Program-made: the position numbers and the translations under genes
The notes under the pieces: model-generated
What the model saw: only the letters and a program-made list of their open reading frames with translations
The model's database searches: none
What the model was told of the DNA's origin: nothing
Source of the DNA: Rhina ancylostomus
Taxonomy: Eukaryota
DNA: 64,000 nt
Assembly (NCBI GenBank): GCA_030265395.1
Contig: JARFYF010000063.1
Span: 26,433,962 to 26,497,961 of the forward strand
Direction of reading: 5' to 3'
Part shown: piece after piece, positions 1 through 14,679 of the stretch
Numbering within the stretch: the first letter of the stretch is position 1
Layout of the letters: each line of letters opens with the position of its first letter

Positions 1-84
1 GCTGCCCCCAGAACACTCTACGCAAAAGATGCATTTCACAGTGTGTTTTGATGTACATGTGACTAATAAAGATATCTTATCTTA
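1..84 (+). mobile_element. V-SINE type-B 3' end
   Basis: gctgcccccagaacactctacgcaaaagatgcatttcac...aataaagatatcttatcttat. Confidence 0.85.
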
Positions 85-189
85 TAAAAAAAACTTTTGA
101 CTACTTTGAGAAAGTTTCTGGCGATAATAAAATCAAAAACAAATCAGTGTTGTTTAAATGATTCATAAATTTTGAATAGCCAAAACAAT

Positions 190-960
190 ATCATGGAGTA
201 ATACTGCACAGAAACAGGCTCTTTGGCCCAACACAACTGTACAAACCATTTAGACTAATCCCATTTGCCCATATTAGGACTGTATACTTTTATGCCTTAC
301 CTATTTAAAAGCCTCTTAGACATTGTAATTGTATCTGATTCCAGCACTTCCTCCCACAATGAGTTCCAGATATCAACCACCCTATGTTTAAAAATAAAAC
401 TTGCCTTCATATTTGAAACTCCTTTCTTCACCTTAAACCCATGCCCTTTTGCTTTTGATACCCCTACCATGGCAAAAAGCTTTTGGCCATCTATCCCATC
501 CATGCCTCTCATAATCTTATATGCTTCCATCAGGTTGCCCCTCAGTCTCCTTCCATCCACAGAAAACAAGCCCTATCTAATCTCCCCTCATAACTAAAGT
601 CCTCCAATCCAGGCCACATCCTGGTGAATCTCCTCTGCACTCTCTCCAGAGCAATCACATCCTTGTTATATTATGGTGACCAGAACTCCAAGGGTCACCT
701 GACGAGTATTTTGTGATGTTGTAACATAACTCTTATAAATTCTATGCCCCAATATATGAAGGCAAGCTTGCTGCATTCCTTCTTCACCAATCTATTGAGC
801 CATGTTGCCAAGGAACAATGGACTTGGACATCTCTGTTCATCAACATTCCTTAGTACCCATTTGCTGTATAGGTCCTATTTCACGTCTCAAAATGCCTCA
901 CCTCGCATTTTTTGGCATTAAATTCCATCTGTCAATTCTTCACCCAACTTTCCATCTGAT
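190..960 (-). mobile_element. CR1 (HER1-like) LINE 3' fragment
   Basis: ORF 297-569 RRLRGNLMEAYKIMRG..KAKGHGFKV..RVVDIWNSL is a CR1 ORF2 C-terminus, followed by the CR1 tail. Confidence 0.85.
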
Positions 961-2959
961 CTATTTCCTACTGTAGCCTATGAGAGGGTTCTTTGCTTTC
1001 TGGAACACAACTAACATACACAATTGCAGTCCACGATTAGAGTTTTGAGATAAACTATAAGTAACAATGAATTCACAGGAAAGCAAACCACTAGAAACAA
1101 TGAAATGGCTATAGTGGGTCAGCAGGAGTAGAATCAGCGGGGAGAAGCAACATGGAAGTGGACTGTAGGTGAAAGACATTGGAGATGAATTGAGTATATA
1201 AGATTATTGATGGCATAATAACTTGAAGATTATACTACGTTATGGTATAGAAGTGATTTGGATCTTCTTTACTCTTATTATTAGCAAATACAATCTAACA
1301 TCTGTGCCATCAAAGTAAATGTTTCCCCTTAGGACCATTGTTACATAAAAATGATAGCTGTCATCAGCTGTTTAAGCAGAACATAAACCACAGAATTAGC
1401 CAAATCTGTGCTTTATAGAATGCCAGACGTGAAACTGCAGCTTTTGTTCTTGACAGGAATATTGCTGTGCTGTAGTTTGTTTCTTTTATACTTCATTGGT
1501 TGAAAGGCTATGTTTATGCAACTGCATGCAATTACAGGCACTGGAAACTTAATTTGTTTTGTGATTACTGTCAAGTGTCTTGAGCACTGTTCATTGAACA
1601 AGCGTACTGAAGCATACAAGTACAAAACCATTACAATAACTCATGTGGGTTCCTCCATGTCAAGTTTCATTATACAGGCTACAGAGAGTCACAGAAACTC
1701 AGTAACCACTATCTTAAAAGAATAATTCAATTGCTTCATTGCTCTTAAATCAGTCAGTCAATTTCACTCATTAATTGTTTCAAATTGGTCAATACATCTT
1801 TATGATCCAAAAATTAAGATGAATCAATTCCAAGTACACCATTGGTCATTAACTATTTAATTATGAATTGAAGCAATTTTTGGTATTAATAAGACTATAA
1901 AAAATAAACTTTTATGTCCAAATTATTCATAAAATAAGGGTGGCCAAGTTGGGGAGAAAAGTTTATTAAATAAAACAGCTTATATGCAAACCCATTGCAC
2001 AAACTAATCCAGCATCCTCCAAAGCACGTCTCATTCAACTATTATCCCAGAACTATATCTAATTGGTGTAATTGTCTTAATATTACTTATTTCCTTGCAT
2101 GTTAAAATATCAACTAGAGATACAGTAGAAATGAAATTTGCCTTGAGAAGCAACACAGACAACCAGAAATCAGCTGGCCAATTATAATTGGTCCAATAAC
2201 TTCAATGGAAATAGAAAATCTGGCAGAGTGGTAAGCCACCCATTGGTTTACATCAATAATTTTGTACTGTTGCACAAGGCCAACATGAACCCAATGATCA
2301 GGTAGCTGAAGGCAATTGTCCAACAGAAAATAGATGCAAAGAAACCAAAAGCAAAAAATATGCAGATATTGAAAATGGGAAATAAAAATAGAAAACACTC
2401 AGCCAGTCAAGCAGGATCTGTGGAGGTGTTAACATTTCGAGTTGATATGATCTTTCATCAGATAACTATTTATCAATCTGAAACATTAACTTCCTAACCT
2501 GGAAACAAACAAGTTAAAAATATCCCAGTTACGTTATATTGGATAATGGACATCATGTTGACAGCTTTAGTCTAAATATATTTTACACATTAATTAGGTC
2601 TTCTGATAAAATCCCCTGATGTTTCACTTTCAGGTAAAAGTGGCAGCCTGTCTTTCAAACAGCAGGAAAAAAAATCATCATCCACTTAGGTTCTTGATTC
2701 ATCGTAATCCAAAAGTTTGGTTCAGCTGTCGCTGTGGCTGTTAATTACCTACAATAACTATATCGCAACTACAGTAAACTTCAAATCTGTGAATATTATT
2801 GTACAGATATAAAATCTACGCATTGTGGAACTGCCAGATCAAGCTATTCTAATTACACAAAATCAAAAGCAAAAAACTGAAAGTGCTAGAAATCTGAAAT
2901 ATTCAGCACAAGAATTTTTTTACTCCCACTGTTCTTTCAGCTCTGAGGGAAATTTAATT

Positions 2960-3350
2960 ACCTGAACTAATACCATTCTGACCAGCTTACCCAGTGGGAT
3001 TTTATCAAAACCTTGCCAAAGTCTATGCAGACAATATTAAGTGCACTGCTTTCATCAATCCTCCTCATTCCCTCAATCAATTTAGCTAGAAAACATCTTC
3101 CCTTAAGAAATGCATGTTGACCGTCCTCAATTAATCTGTGTCTTTCTATGTGAAGGTTTATCCTGTCCACCACTGAAGTTCAACTAATTGACCTGTATTT
3201 ATTCAGTTTAGTCTTTCCTCTCTTTTTAGACAACAATGCATTATTAGCAACTTTCCAATCCCCTTGCGTTGGTCTTATAGCCAAAGATATCAGAGTCTCT
3301 GTTATTTCTTCTCGTAGCAGCCGAGAAATATTTCATCTGGGCCTGGTGAT
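2960..3350 (-). mobile_element. CR1 LINE RT fragment
   Basis: QHAFLKGRCFLAKLIE..IVCIDFGK is a degenerate form of QHGF..GRSCLTNL..YLDFSKAFD. Confidence 0.75.
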
Positions 3351-5767
3351 TTACACTGGCACCTTGTGCAACAGTCAGAATACACTCGCAGGATCAAGAT
3401 AACTAAATGGAATAAGCACTAAAAGGGGTCAACATAGCATTTTGGTTTGAGGGATGGTGTGTTGGAAACCTGACGCAAGCCCCTGCCCTGACCAGTACCA
3501 TAACAAAAATGGGTGTGAACCATTTGCCCCTCCCCTCTTCCCAATTGCTGAGATGGGAACCTGGGTCCTGGGACCCTGACACACATCTGTGTCCTCCATT
3601 GGCATTCTTGNNNNNNNNNNNNNNNNNNNNNNNNNNNNNNNNNNNNNNNNNNNNNNNNNNNNNNNNNNNNNNNNNNNNNNNNNNNNNNNNNNNNNNNNNN
3701 NNNNNNNNNNGCATTCTTGTAGCAATGAATCACCAACAGTTTGGTGTGGAGAAGCTGCCTATGAGAGCTGGTGTTAGGCGAACCAGGAACAGCAATGCAG
3801 CCACTGAGCACTGATATGTGGAGCTCAGGCATGCTTCGTGGATGACATGGTAGATATTGCTGTGGATTGACAGCAGTGCCTTGATCCTATGGTCTCTCTC
3901 ATCACCAGATGGATGTAATGGAAGCTGCCCATCTTTGAACCTGTTAGCATAGAGAAATTCCTGGGAAAGCAGTCAAAGAAAGGGAGAGACAACAGCTTCC
4001 ATCAGATGGTGATGAAAGAAACCACAGTCAAAGTGATGGAAAGGGATATCATTTGCCAGCCTTACTTCAACAGCATTTCCTGTTTTCACAAGTTCTACCC
4101 CACAAGTACAGGAGCTGCAAACTAATGGGATCAACAATTTCACAAACAATTTTTCATTCTGTAAACAAAGGTTATAACTCCCAGATCCAAATGGTGAAAT
4201 TCCAACCCACAACCATCATGGGAGTGACAAAAGATAAAGCAAGGACCAGCTACAGAAAAGGGGCAAAAAAAATGGGGCTTTAACATCATAAACATTCCCA
4301 AAAAATGGTAAGGAATACATGAAGCTTCTCCCTGGTTTAAACTAAAGTTGTAAAATTCTGTTTTAACAATTTTCTTCCTGATAATCCATAGAAGATTACA
4401 TCCAGGAATTTACTGTTAATGCAAATGCAAAGAGAAAGGTTTATCTCACAGGCTAGCATTTAGAATTAGGTAGTGCTTATGATATTAAAGAAAACTTTTT
4501 TCCCGTTTTATTTAATCATTACCTTTTTTCTCCGTTCTATATCAACCAACAGCAAATATATTCAAATAAAAAAACATGATCCACAGCCACATATTGACAG
4601 TTTATACTATTTAATATGCTGAGCAAACACCAACATTTCTGAGAAAACCACTCCAAATATTAACCATTTTTTGAGTAGTTCTGAGTTTCCTTTTAGGTCT
4701 TGTTTTGCACGCCCACAGGTTAATGAAGCAGATATAATTAGTGAGAGGCATGTTAAAATCATAAGCCACTGAGAGTTACATCTGATTAAAGTACCTCCGT
4801 CAATAATTTACTGAGATTTGCCTCTTTGCAAATTAATCATTGGAGTCACGAAACATGTTCCCAACCAGCACAACTGAACAGCAAAACTAAAGCTGAACTC
4901 TCCAGCCTACTTTGTTTGGCAAAAAAAGTATAATGAAAATTATTGTTTATTCAATTCTGTGGTCTTTAAAATAGTTTAAGAGAATACTTGTCACAACTAT
5001 AAGCAGCTTTCACACAAACAAGCTTTCAGCATTGAAAGATTATCTTGCTCAATAAAGTAATGTTAATGTTAATAATTTGTCATAGGTCATATATGTTTTC
5101 ACTACTGAGACCTTGTAACATTATCGATGTTAGGAATGGGCTGGAATTTTCAGAGTATAGTTAAGTGCACAAATGTGTGGAATTTGTTGTGCCACTCTGA
5201 GCTGCTTGGCCTTAGTGTACAGAAAAGATTTGCTTTTGTACATTTTGGAACTCCAAGCAACCAATATAGATTTATTGTACCTTTAAAATATTCAAGTGAA
5301 AATATTCACAGCAATATTATCAACTCCTAAATAATTGGGTTTACACTTATATAATCACCCAGCCCCAGACCCAATTTGCTCTACTGAACTAATGAATGAT
5401 TTTTTTAAATAAGCAATTAATAATCAACTGTTACACTAGGCAACAGAATGCACAAAAAGACGAAATGAAAAAGAGGCTGCTCATCTCTCACAATCATTAT
5501 TTGTTTCAGCCAAAACCTGTACTCTGACTAAGTCTCTGAAAAATCCACACCAGAATAAGGACATGGTTTTCTAACATCCCTAGTGATATATCCATGAATG
5601 AATTACTGCAGTCTCATATTTCTTGTCTCTTTAAGGAAGGGAAAGCATGTCTCCACCCTCTCTCTCTTGTGCCCACCCTTCTTCGAGCTCAAAATAAGTA
5701 AATGTTCTTAATTTGATACAAAAAAAATCAGGAGGTTTGATAACTTAGCACAGAAGAGTTCAGAAGT

Positions 5768-5976
5768 CCTCCCCGTGTCTGCGTGGGTTTCTTCCGGGTG
5801 CTCTGGTTTCCTCCCACATTCCAAAGATGTACGGGTTAGGAAGTTGTGGGCATGCTATGTTGGCGCCAGAAGCGTGGTGACACTTGTGGGCTGCCCCCAG
5901 AAAAATCTACACAAAAAAGATGCATTTCACTGTGTGTTTCGATGTACATGTGACTAATAAAGAAATCTGATCTTAT
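5768..5976 (+). mobile_element. 5'-truncated V-SINE type-B
   Basis: V-domain core plus type-B tail. Further copies at about 6143-6280 and 6860-6998. Confidence 0.88.
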
Positions 5977-7679
5977 GTACATTTGTTCCTCTGAACGGCA
6001 GAACTACTGTCCTCTCTTTCTACTTTTAGAAATTGTTTTTTTTATCATTCTCATGTGGCTTTGATGCCATTCATTATACTACTGTGGAGGTGTGGTTACC
6101 AGATCAAGTGATTTTTGTGTATTTTCCGACTTATGGACAAAATCGGAAATTGTGGGCGTGCTATGTTGGTGCCAGAAGCGTGGCGACACTTGCGGGCTGC
6201 CCCCCAAACACTACGCAAAAAGATGCATTTCACTCTGTGTTTCGATGTACATGTGACGAATAAAGAGATCTTATCTTATCTAAAATCGGCATATGGATTT
6301 CTGTAAAAATGAAACCCATCCATTACCCAGGGATGAAGAGAGAGCATCATTTTATTGCTTTATTATCACTTTAGCATTTCTTTTCCCACTACTTGAGTTT
6401 GCACCACAATCTTTGCACCATTGTCTTGAAGAAGGGTCCTGACCCAAAACATTGACCGCCTGCTTTTCTCCACAGATGCTGCCTGGCCTACAGAGTTCCT
6501 CCAGCATCATCGTGTTTTTCATCTTTGCACCATTCTGCTGTTTTGCGTTTGTCATTGCATTTATTATTACTGTGTGTACTGTTTACTCCATAAACTTCAT
6601 CAAGCGGGTCTTGAACCAAAACAGAAGATGCAAATCTTTTTCTCTCTCTCTCCATATAAATTACTGTTCCCAATAATCTCTCTTCCTATTTTGGATTTTC
6701 ATTGTCTATAGTATTTTCCTTTGCTTAATGATACAAATTGCTTTCCCCTAGATGATGACNNNNNNNNNNNNNNNNNNNNNNNNNNNNNNNNNNNNNNNNN
6801 NNNNNNNNNNNNNNNNNNNNNNNNNNNNNNNNNNNNNNNNNNNNNNNNNNNNNNNNNNNTTAGGAAGTTGTGGGCATGCTATGTTGGCGCCAGAAGCGTG
6901 GCGACACTTGTGGGCTGCCCCCAGAACACACTATGCTAAAGGATGCATTTCATCTGTGTGTTTCGATGTACACGTGACTAATGAAGGTATCTTCTCTTAA
7001 GAAAAGAAATGTCCCCTGTTCTGAGCTGAAACACAATCTCACATCCCTGCATCTGACTCTTCTATCACTAAGAGATGATTTTAATATCATGCATTTATGA
7101 ATGAGGGTCAAGTTTCACCATATTTTACAAAAATATTTTCCTTAAAAGCTTAAGGCAAACAGAAGCAAAATGGAAGCAAAAAAAATCTAGAGACATAGTT
7201 AGACTGCTGCTTGTTGGAGATGGCTATTGACTGGCACTTGTGTGGCATAAATGTTCCTTGCCATATATTGGTTTAAACTTGAATATTAATTGAGCAAGAA
7301 GTTGTGACTGGAATTGAAAATACCATGTGATTAAAATGGATTAAAACAATCATAGATACACAAAATAGATTGTAATTCTAAACTAACACTCTGGTTATTG
7401 GAAGAAATTCCAAACATGTTTATTATCTGTTAATAAATCTAAGCAGTGATTTATCTGCCTTCAAGTGATTAAATAAACTGTTAACTGTGACTATGCATGT
7501 ACCATCGATCATGCATGGACTATTGGAAGCAGGCAGCTAACTAAGCTAATGCTAACATGATTATATTTAGTTAATATTACAGCTTTCATCAGTACTTTTT
7601 ATTTTAAAATGGTATTAATGTGATTCCAGAGATTTACCATATAAAATAGGCTGACAACACTGCAACATTAGAAGTCTAA

Positions 7680-7997
7680 TCTTTTAGGATAAGACATTAA
7701 TTCAAGCATTTGGCTGCCTCTCAGGTAGATGTAAGAAGTACCTTGATACCATTTGAAGACAAGTAGGCATTTCTCCAGGTGTGCAAACCAAAGTTTATCC
7801 TTCATCCTATATAATTACAACAGATTTTTGTATCATTTATCTCATGCTATTTGTGCAACTCTGCTCTGCATAAATTAACTTCTGTGTTTGCCTACATTAC
7901 AGAAAGTGACCACAATGGAAAAGTACCCCTCTGACAGAAAAGAACAGAGATCCTGAGGCTATGAAGGGCACTATTTAAAACGCAAGTTCTTTCTTTC
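7680..7997 (+). mobile_element. SacSINE1/DeuSINE-like old SINE, 3' two-thirds
   Basis: ctgcctctcaggtagatgtaagaagtaccttgataccatttgaagac core and ggcactatttaaaacgcaagttctttc tail. Another relic at about 37160-37335 (-). Confidence 0.65.
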
Positions 7998-10900
7998 TGT
8001 TAATCCATCATCATAAAATGGAACTGCTGTCCAAGGTCTGTTTCAATTCATGGTGCAGATTTAGCATAACATGATACCAAGGGGCCAGAGGGAATCGCAG
8101 TTCCTGACTTGAATTTGCAAAAGTGTAATAATGAGGGTAAGCCAGAAAATGCTTGTTTGTGTAAGTTCTGCCTAATGGTGAGCACATTTACTCCGATTGG
8201 TAGTGTGCTTCAAATTGGATACTCATGTAAAATGATGAAAAAATAAATTCAATAGATCAATAGAAGTACTAAAAGCAAAAGTTTATATAGACCCAAGTTC
8301 AAGCACAAAGAATATTTGCACATAAAACACCACTGAAAGATAAAGTGATAAACCTCATAACACATTAAAGGCTATGAAACTGATCATTTTCCAGTCTTTC
8401 CTATCAAGGAAAACTACGGACTTGCTGCTGACTGATATGAGAATGTTTCCACATGTAGGGCAATGTACACAAATGTGGTAGCTGATGGTATCTCCTGTAA
8501 ATAGAGAGCAAAGTTCAAACAAATGCGCAAGGCCTAATACACAGCAACTGTTGTACATGTGCCAAACCATGTATTCACTGGAGACTAGAACTATTTGGCA
8601 TCACTAAGTGTAATACAAAGGATCAACACCACTGGGACTTTAATTACACAGTAAATTATTTTCAAAACATTTTAGGATTCTTTTTCTAATAATATGTGGG
8701 TATGAGATAATCATTCTGAAGTCATAGCACATGGTCGGTGTGCTTAACTCCCAGAAAATAAAAGTTTAGGCTGAATTAATTTCATAGACTGGTTCTAATG
8801 CTCTTAGCCTTTGATGTTTACAGTTCAGACGATTGGATATATTAAAATTTACCAAGTTGAAAGCAAGAACTTTTGTTTATGCAGGAGTTAAGATATATGG
8901 AATAAATTACTGGGGGAGTCTACAGAAGCAATCAATATCAAAGACTTTAAGGGAGGTGCAGATTTCAGTTAAAATAAAGCTTGCAACACTTTCATTCATT
9001 CTAATATTTACACAGATTAACATCTTGCTTGAATTAAAAATTATGAGTAGTACTATTCCACCCAATGAATACATGGTCAACTATAAAGTGACCATTTGAG
9101 TCTGATCTATATTTCAATTTGAACTACAGCTACACTGGTCTCTGGACAGACCTCCATCTGGTGCAGTTATAGACAGTGCACTTCACAACAGAGATATTGA
9201 CTGTGAAGGAGCATAGTGTAATTTTGACAGAAAGATTTTATGCTAAAAGAGGTAAATTATTAGGCTGTACAGACTAAGTTTGTATTACCTTAAATACTAA
9301 TAATTAAATGTGACCATATAAATATACCTAACATTAAAAGTGATAATTGATAGTAACAATCAATCAACTTGTGTTTTGCCCAGAAATTAAACAATTATAG
9401 ATGCTTACCCCTTCATGCTGCAAGTCTTTACTAGGAACTGTTTTAAAAGTCAAATTTTAAGTTTAATCTCTTTTTATCTCTCTTAATCCAGTTTTCATCT
9501 CCCTTTCCTGATTACTTAACATTGAATTCACACTTTTCAGTTCTTGCTCTATTTACTTCCCAATCCTTAAAGCACTTTGGTCAAGGAGTTGCATTGCTGG
9601 ATTCATTATAGATCAAGGTCACAGATGTCTTATTGCCCTCACTGAACTGCTATCAGCTCATATTTGAAAACCTAACATGCATGTGCCTGGAATTTCAATT
9701 CTATAAAACTGCAATATTTCAGCATTATGAAATGGAAATCAATTTATTTCACAAGCCAAGTATGATAACTTACTTATTACATACCGATCTCCCTGGCCAG
9801 CAACATCCCACACCCCTTTAGTTGCTTTGAAGCCAATCCTCTCAACACCTGCTGATCTGCAGGCAGCCTCTGACCCCTCGATCTGTCGCCACACACAACT
9901 CTGCAATTTCCCCACCCACACCGCCAATTTCCCAACCACCCACCCCTGCAATCCCTTAGCCAACTCCCCTGTTTCCTCCCAGTTTCTGGGTCCCAGCTTC
10001 TCCTTCAGTTGCTGGCTTCAAATTATTCCCCATCTACCACAGACACTAGTCTCCCTGCTGGCCTCCCATCACTGCCCCCAACAGACCCCAACATATGGCT
10101 ACAACTGGTGTCTGACTCCGAGCTGTATCCCTCCCTCACCCACCCCCCAAACTCAAGGTAAGTCTCTAAATCATTGGGCCTCAGTTGCAGCATAAGGTCC
10201 ATACAATGGGTCAAAGCAGTTGCATCATTATAAGTCTGCCTAATGAGTGCACTAAAATTTCTAGGGAACTGTGGAGCTGAAATTCATTCTTAGCCATTGT
10301 GCTAAATTGCAGAATCTTAGAATGGTGACATAATGTAATGATCATAGGGCACTGACTGCTTCCAAAATTTAGTTTGACTGATTTCAATGAACCTGAATTT
10401 GGAAAGTGCAAACAACTTACAGCAGCTCCTGTATTACCTGTAAAGCATATACAACTGATATGAATTTCTCCACTGTAATCTCTCTTCAATTCTTAAGATT
10501 TTACAAACATTAAAGGAAAGGGCTTTCCTTTAAGTTACAATTCTACATTCTGGGACTTAACCCTTTTTAAATCAAAGCAAATCCCTACGGAAGTAATTTA
10601 AGTCCCAGCCCAGTAGTCTGTGTCTCTCCATGAGTACCTCTTTGTATATTTTCCTAGAATCTTTTTCACTTGTTTTGAGGCCTGTCAGTTGAGTGCTGGA
10701 TGTCGTTCAGTATTCTGTTCTCAATGCAACTCAGGGTCTCATTCTGCTCAGTTATTACTAATATCAGGGGCATAATGGAATATCTACAAACAAAGAGCAT
10801 TGTGTTGGGAATTAGTTGCAAAAGCCCTTTCTAGTGATTAGGATTTACAAGAACAATTGACCATTTTATTGCTACAGTCTTGGAAGAATGCTTCTATTGC

Positions 10901-13475
10901 TTAAAATCTCCAAGCTACTATGCATTAAAACATATTATAATGAGAAAAGGCATTTGAGTCATTGCAATGCCATTGCTCTGAACTGGCAAGAGTCTGACCC
11001 CAATTTGAGAAGCTTCATAAATCAAGCCATGTGAAGCCCAGTATCTGGGCAGCATCAGTAAACCTAATCTGGAGGTAGGGTCAAACTTTTTTTCTACATT
11101 CCAGTGACCTTTAACCTCACATCATAAAGGGAAAGCAGTTAAGCTCGCAACTGTATATGGCTAATTCTGTTTAACAGATTTTGGTCCTGAGGGAATTTTC
11201 TGTGGTGAGGATTATTTTAAATATAAGAATAAAAACACTCATTCAGAAAATTCAAGTTAAAAAAAAGGCCACACAGAAATTTTGTTTTACGTTTAAAGAA
11301 ATTAAACTTTTAGTCATTTTAATGACACTTTATTTCAGAATGACAACTCCCTTCAGAGGATTGTGATTTTTTTTTACACAGTTTAGTCCTTATATAATTC
11401 TAATAAATAATGTATGCATGTGACCTGCAAATCTATTTGTCAGTCAGGGTTAAAATTTGTGGTTTGGGTATAAATGAATGTAAATGATGTATGGAACATG
11501 ATCATTTATGCCATTTGTTCCTGCGATGTTTTACTCAGAAGACAGGAATTACGTATTTTCAGAATGCTTAGGTGCAAGCATATGGATGAGAGGTATCTAG
11601 AGCAACGGCATAAGACAAGCAAAAGGTAAGTTTGAAGCCAGTTATGTCAATTGGTTGGTCATGGCATTGTATGCTTTCAGGAGACTGGGTTTGTCAATTA
11701 TCAAAGGTAAACACAAAATGAAACTAGGAATTGAATGCTCTTTTTTGAATAAATAATAAATAAATAAAGGGAAAAGAGTTAAAGTAATGTTAGAATAATT
11801 GTTTCCTGAATTCAATTAGTGTTAGGGCAACTTTGTCTTGTTTGTTATACAGCAGATTAAAGTTCTTTTTCAACAGGCATATGGGATCACAGACATCATT
11901 TAGAAAGTGCCATTCCTCAAAGAAATTCTTTAAGCTTGCAATACAAAGACAGATCTGAACATGTGTATTGCTGGCAGTGAGGAATGTAAAATCTATTGCG
12001 GCTCAATGAACCTCAAAGATATGGAAAACAAAAGCAATTAGGACAGATGAGGTATCCCATCCTACAGGCGAAATGCGATATTACTCAGGGAAGTGTACCA
12101 TTTCTGATCACTTAGTACAAGTTTGAATGTAGCTGAATCTTTTCTTTTTATGTATTATATCCCAAGCCATGCAGTTCTAGAGACAGATTTTCATTTGAGA
12201 ACTATGAAGAGTTTGTGAATCCAGAACTGTCAGCAGCTTCTCAAAGTTCATTTTTGGTTTACTTTCCCCTCAGTAATACAAGTCCCTTCTGTGGCTAATG
12301 CATTCTTGTCCTCTGTAATTTATACTGTGTTTATCCTGGAACTCAACCAACATCTCCCTCTGCGACCTGTGCAGTCTATCTTATGTCTCTGTAGTATCTG
12401 TTTATTATGCTATTCACTGCTGATTAAATACTCAAAATTACTGTATCCTTTATGAGTTACTAATAACAATTAAAACCCAGAGAATAAGGGCATAGGATGA
12501 TTTGTGAAAGTTACAAAGTGTAGAGTATTATGTTGTTCACTGGCAGGTACAAAAATAGGATGTCCAAGAATCCCAGCACTTGGGATACACATAGCAACTT
12601 ATTGCCTCAATCTTACAACATATAAATTTGAACACAACAAAACACAACTCAAGGGCATGTAACCAAGGAGCTGTGCAACAGGAAATAAAACACAGCAAGG
12701 TGCTCTTCCTGAATGGCTGGCTTTTACTAGGTCCATACAAGGAAAACGATAATTAAATAAGGCTGCAGATACATAACAAAAATATTACATTGGAACTTGA
12801 AGTGGGAAGTACCAGTCATGCCTGACATTCACCTTCTGACTGATGCAGAAGAGAGTTTGTCATTCTCTGCCATCTCAGTTGGAAGTGGGAACAGAAGAGG
12901 ACCACATAAATCACATCCAATTGGGATAAATGTCAAATCACAGGTACCTTCAGCAAAAACCCACCAGGCACAAGTGAGGCCAGAAGTAAAGGTCGTTAAT
13001 ATGATGACCATGGGTATTCACAAGAAATGTCTTTATGCACAGGGAGGTTAGAACTCACAAGAAGTTGTTGATACAAGGGAAAGCTGGGAAAAATGCAAGG
13101 AGGAATAAGGAATTTGAGGGTAAATTGATGAAATTAGATCAAGTCAGGTAAGAGGAGGACCATGTGAAGCATAAATGCCAGCATGAATGAACACATTGAA
13201 GAGAATGACCAGTATATTTACAGTAAATATTTTTGTAAAACATTCCAGTGACACTCCTATCACTACCGATATGCCAACGATATGTGACCAGAATGATTTG
13301 TAACCCCCAGTCATCCAAAGCTACTCACTTGTGATCATAATAAGCCTGTGAAGTTATTGTTACCAAAAAAAATAGATTTGAACTACATTTAACCTTCAAC
13401 AAAATGGAGGCTTAAAGAAAGTTATATCCCTTGATACGGGCTATAGAAAGGCAAATGAAATATTAAGTCACTTAC

Positions 13476-13533
13476 TGCCAAATACAACATGGTGTATAAA
13501 GAGAAGGAGGCATGTCCTGAGAAGAATGACTTC
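13476..13533 (-). CDS. PLPP3: PLPP3 exon 4, 58 nt, contains the C2 motif SGH
   Basis: Acceptor ggtttgttttccag, donor gtaagt. Encodes (R)KSFFSGHASFSLYTMLYLA. Phase 2 start completes the Arg codon from exon 3. Too short for the ORF track. Confidence 0.96.
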
Positions 13534-13772
13534 CTGGAAAACAAACCAAAAGAATTCTTTAATCATCAGGCCCTTTTACACAATATGGGCTCACATAACA
13601 CAGCAAAATCTTTACATATCCAATGTTCAAATTACGTAGAGGGAAACCCACTCTAACAAAGGTGAATCTAGTTACATTAGTCTCACTGGAAATGCAATGC
13701 AAAAGGTGTATATTCCCTTTAGGGTTGCCTACATAGAATCAGCCTTTAGTAAGGAACTTTGAAATAGTATCA

Positions 13773-14420
13773 TTGAAGACAGTCCAAAGGAGATTCACCA
13801 CGCTAATTCCTGGGGTGAGAGGGTTGTCCTATCAAGAGACGCTAGACACTCTGCGTTTGTATTCCTTGGAGTTCAGAAGAATGAGAGTGATCTTATTCAA
13901 ANNNNNNNNNNNNNNNNNNNNNNNNNNNNNNNNNNNNNNNNNNNNNNNNNNNNNNNNNNNNNNNNNNNNNNNNNNNNNNNNNNNNNNNNNNNNNNNNNNN
14001 NTGATCTTATTCAAACATATAAGATCCTAAAGGGGTTTGACAGGATAGATGTTGAGATATTTCCACTAGTGGGAGAGTTATGAACAAGGGGACATAGATA
14101 CAAAATAAGGGGCTGGTCATTTAAAACTGAAGTGCGTAGAAATTCCTGTGGTAATTCTCTGCCTCTGAGGGTGGTAGAGGCTGGATAATTAGATGTATTT
14201 AAGGTGGAGATAGATACATTTTTAAAGGTGAATAGCCTCTGGCACGTTGGAACAATGTAGGTAAGTGATATCAATAAACCAGATCCATAACTGCAGGATA
14301 AGGATTGGTTCAGAAGAGGAGTTGAGGCCATCTTAGATCAGACACAATCATATTGAATTGTGGGATAAGATTTGAGGGCAAGTGGCCTACTCCTGCTCCT
14401 ATTTTCTTGTGTTCTTGTGT
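13773..14420 (+). mobile_element. CR1 LINE 3' fragment spanning a gap
   Basis: VQRRFTTLIPGVRGLSYQE..LYSLEFRRMR, then tail ggcctactcctgctcctattttcttgtgttctt. Confidence 0.85.
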
Positions 14421-14679
14421 TTAGATGTAATGGGAGACTATGTGAATATGGCTTTATAATACTGCAATATTCACTCATGAACCCACAATACACATGGTGA
14501 GTAGGCAGGTAAATCTCTGACATTTCCAAATATCTGTAGTGGATAAATTACCTGACTAAGATAGGATTCATTCTTGGTTGCTAAGGGAAGTAATGATAGA
14601 AGTTGAGGAGCTATTGGCCTTAATTTGCAACAGCTGTAGGTTTTGGGGCTGTGCCCAACAACTGAAACCCGCAAACATT

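Noticed and set aside
3403-3520. Minus-strand peptide containing HHPS, similar to the PLPP3 C3 region (SRVSDHKHHPSDV)
   Set aside because: Surrounding residues lack SRxxxxxHxxxD and LQARFTW, so it is a chance match. Exon 5 was not found and is probably left of the window or in a gap.
5775-7000. Recurrent ORF peptide RKLWACYVGARSVATLAGCPQN
   Set aside because: It is a translation of SINE copies, not a protein family or a CRISPR-like array; spacing is irregular and copies are dispersed.
9830-10160. C-rich tract with a 122-aa Pro/Thr-rich ORF and possible G-quadruplex on the minus strand
   Set aside because: Low complexity, no splice or homology support, and no evidence of function.
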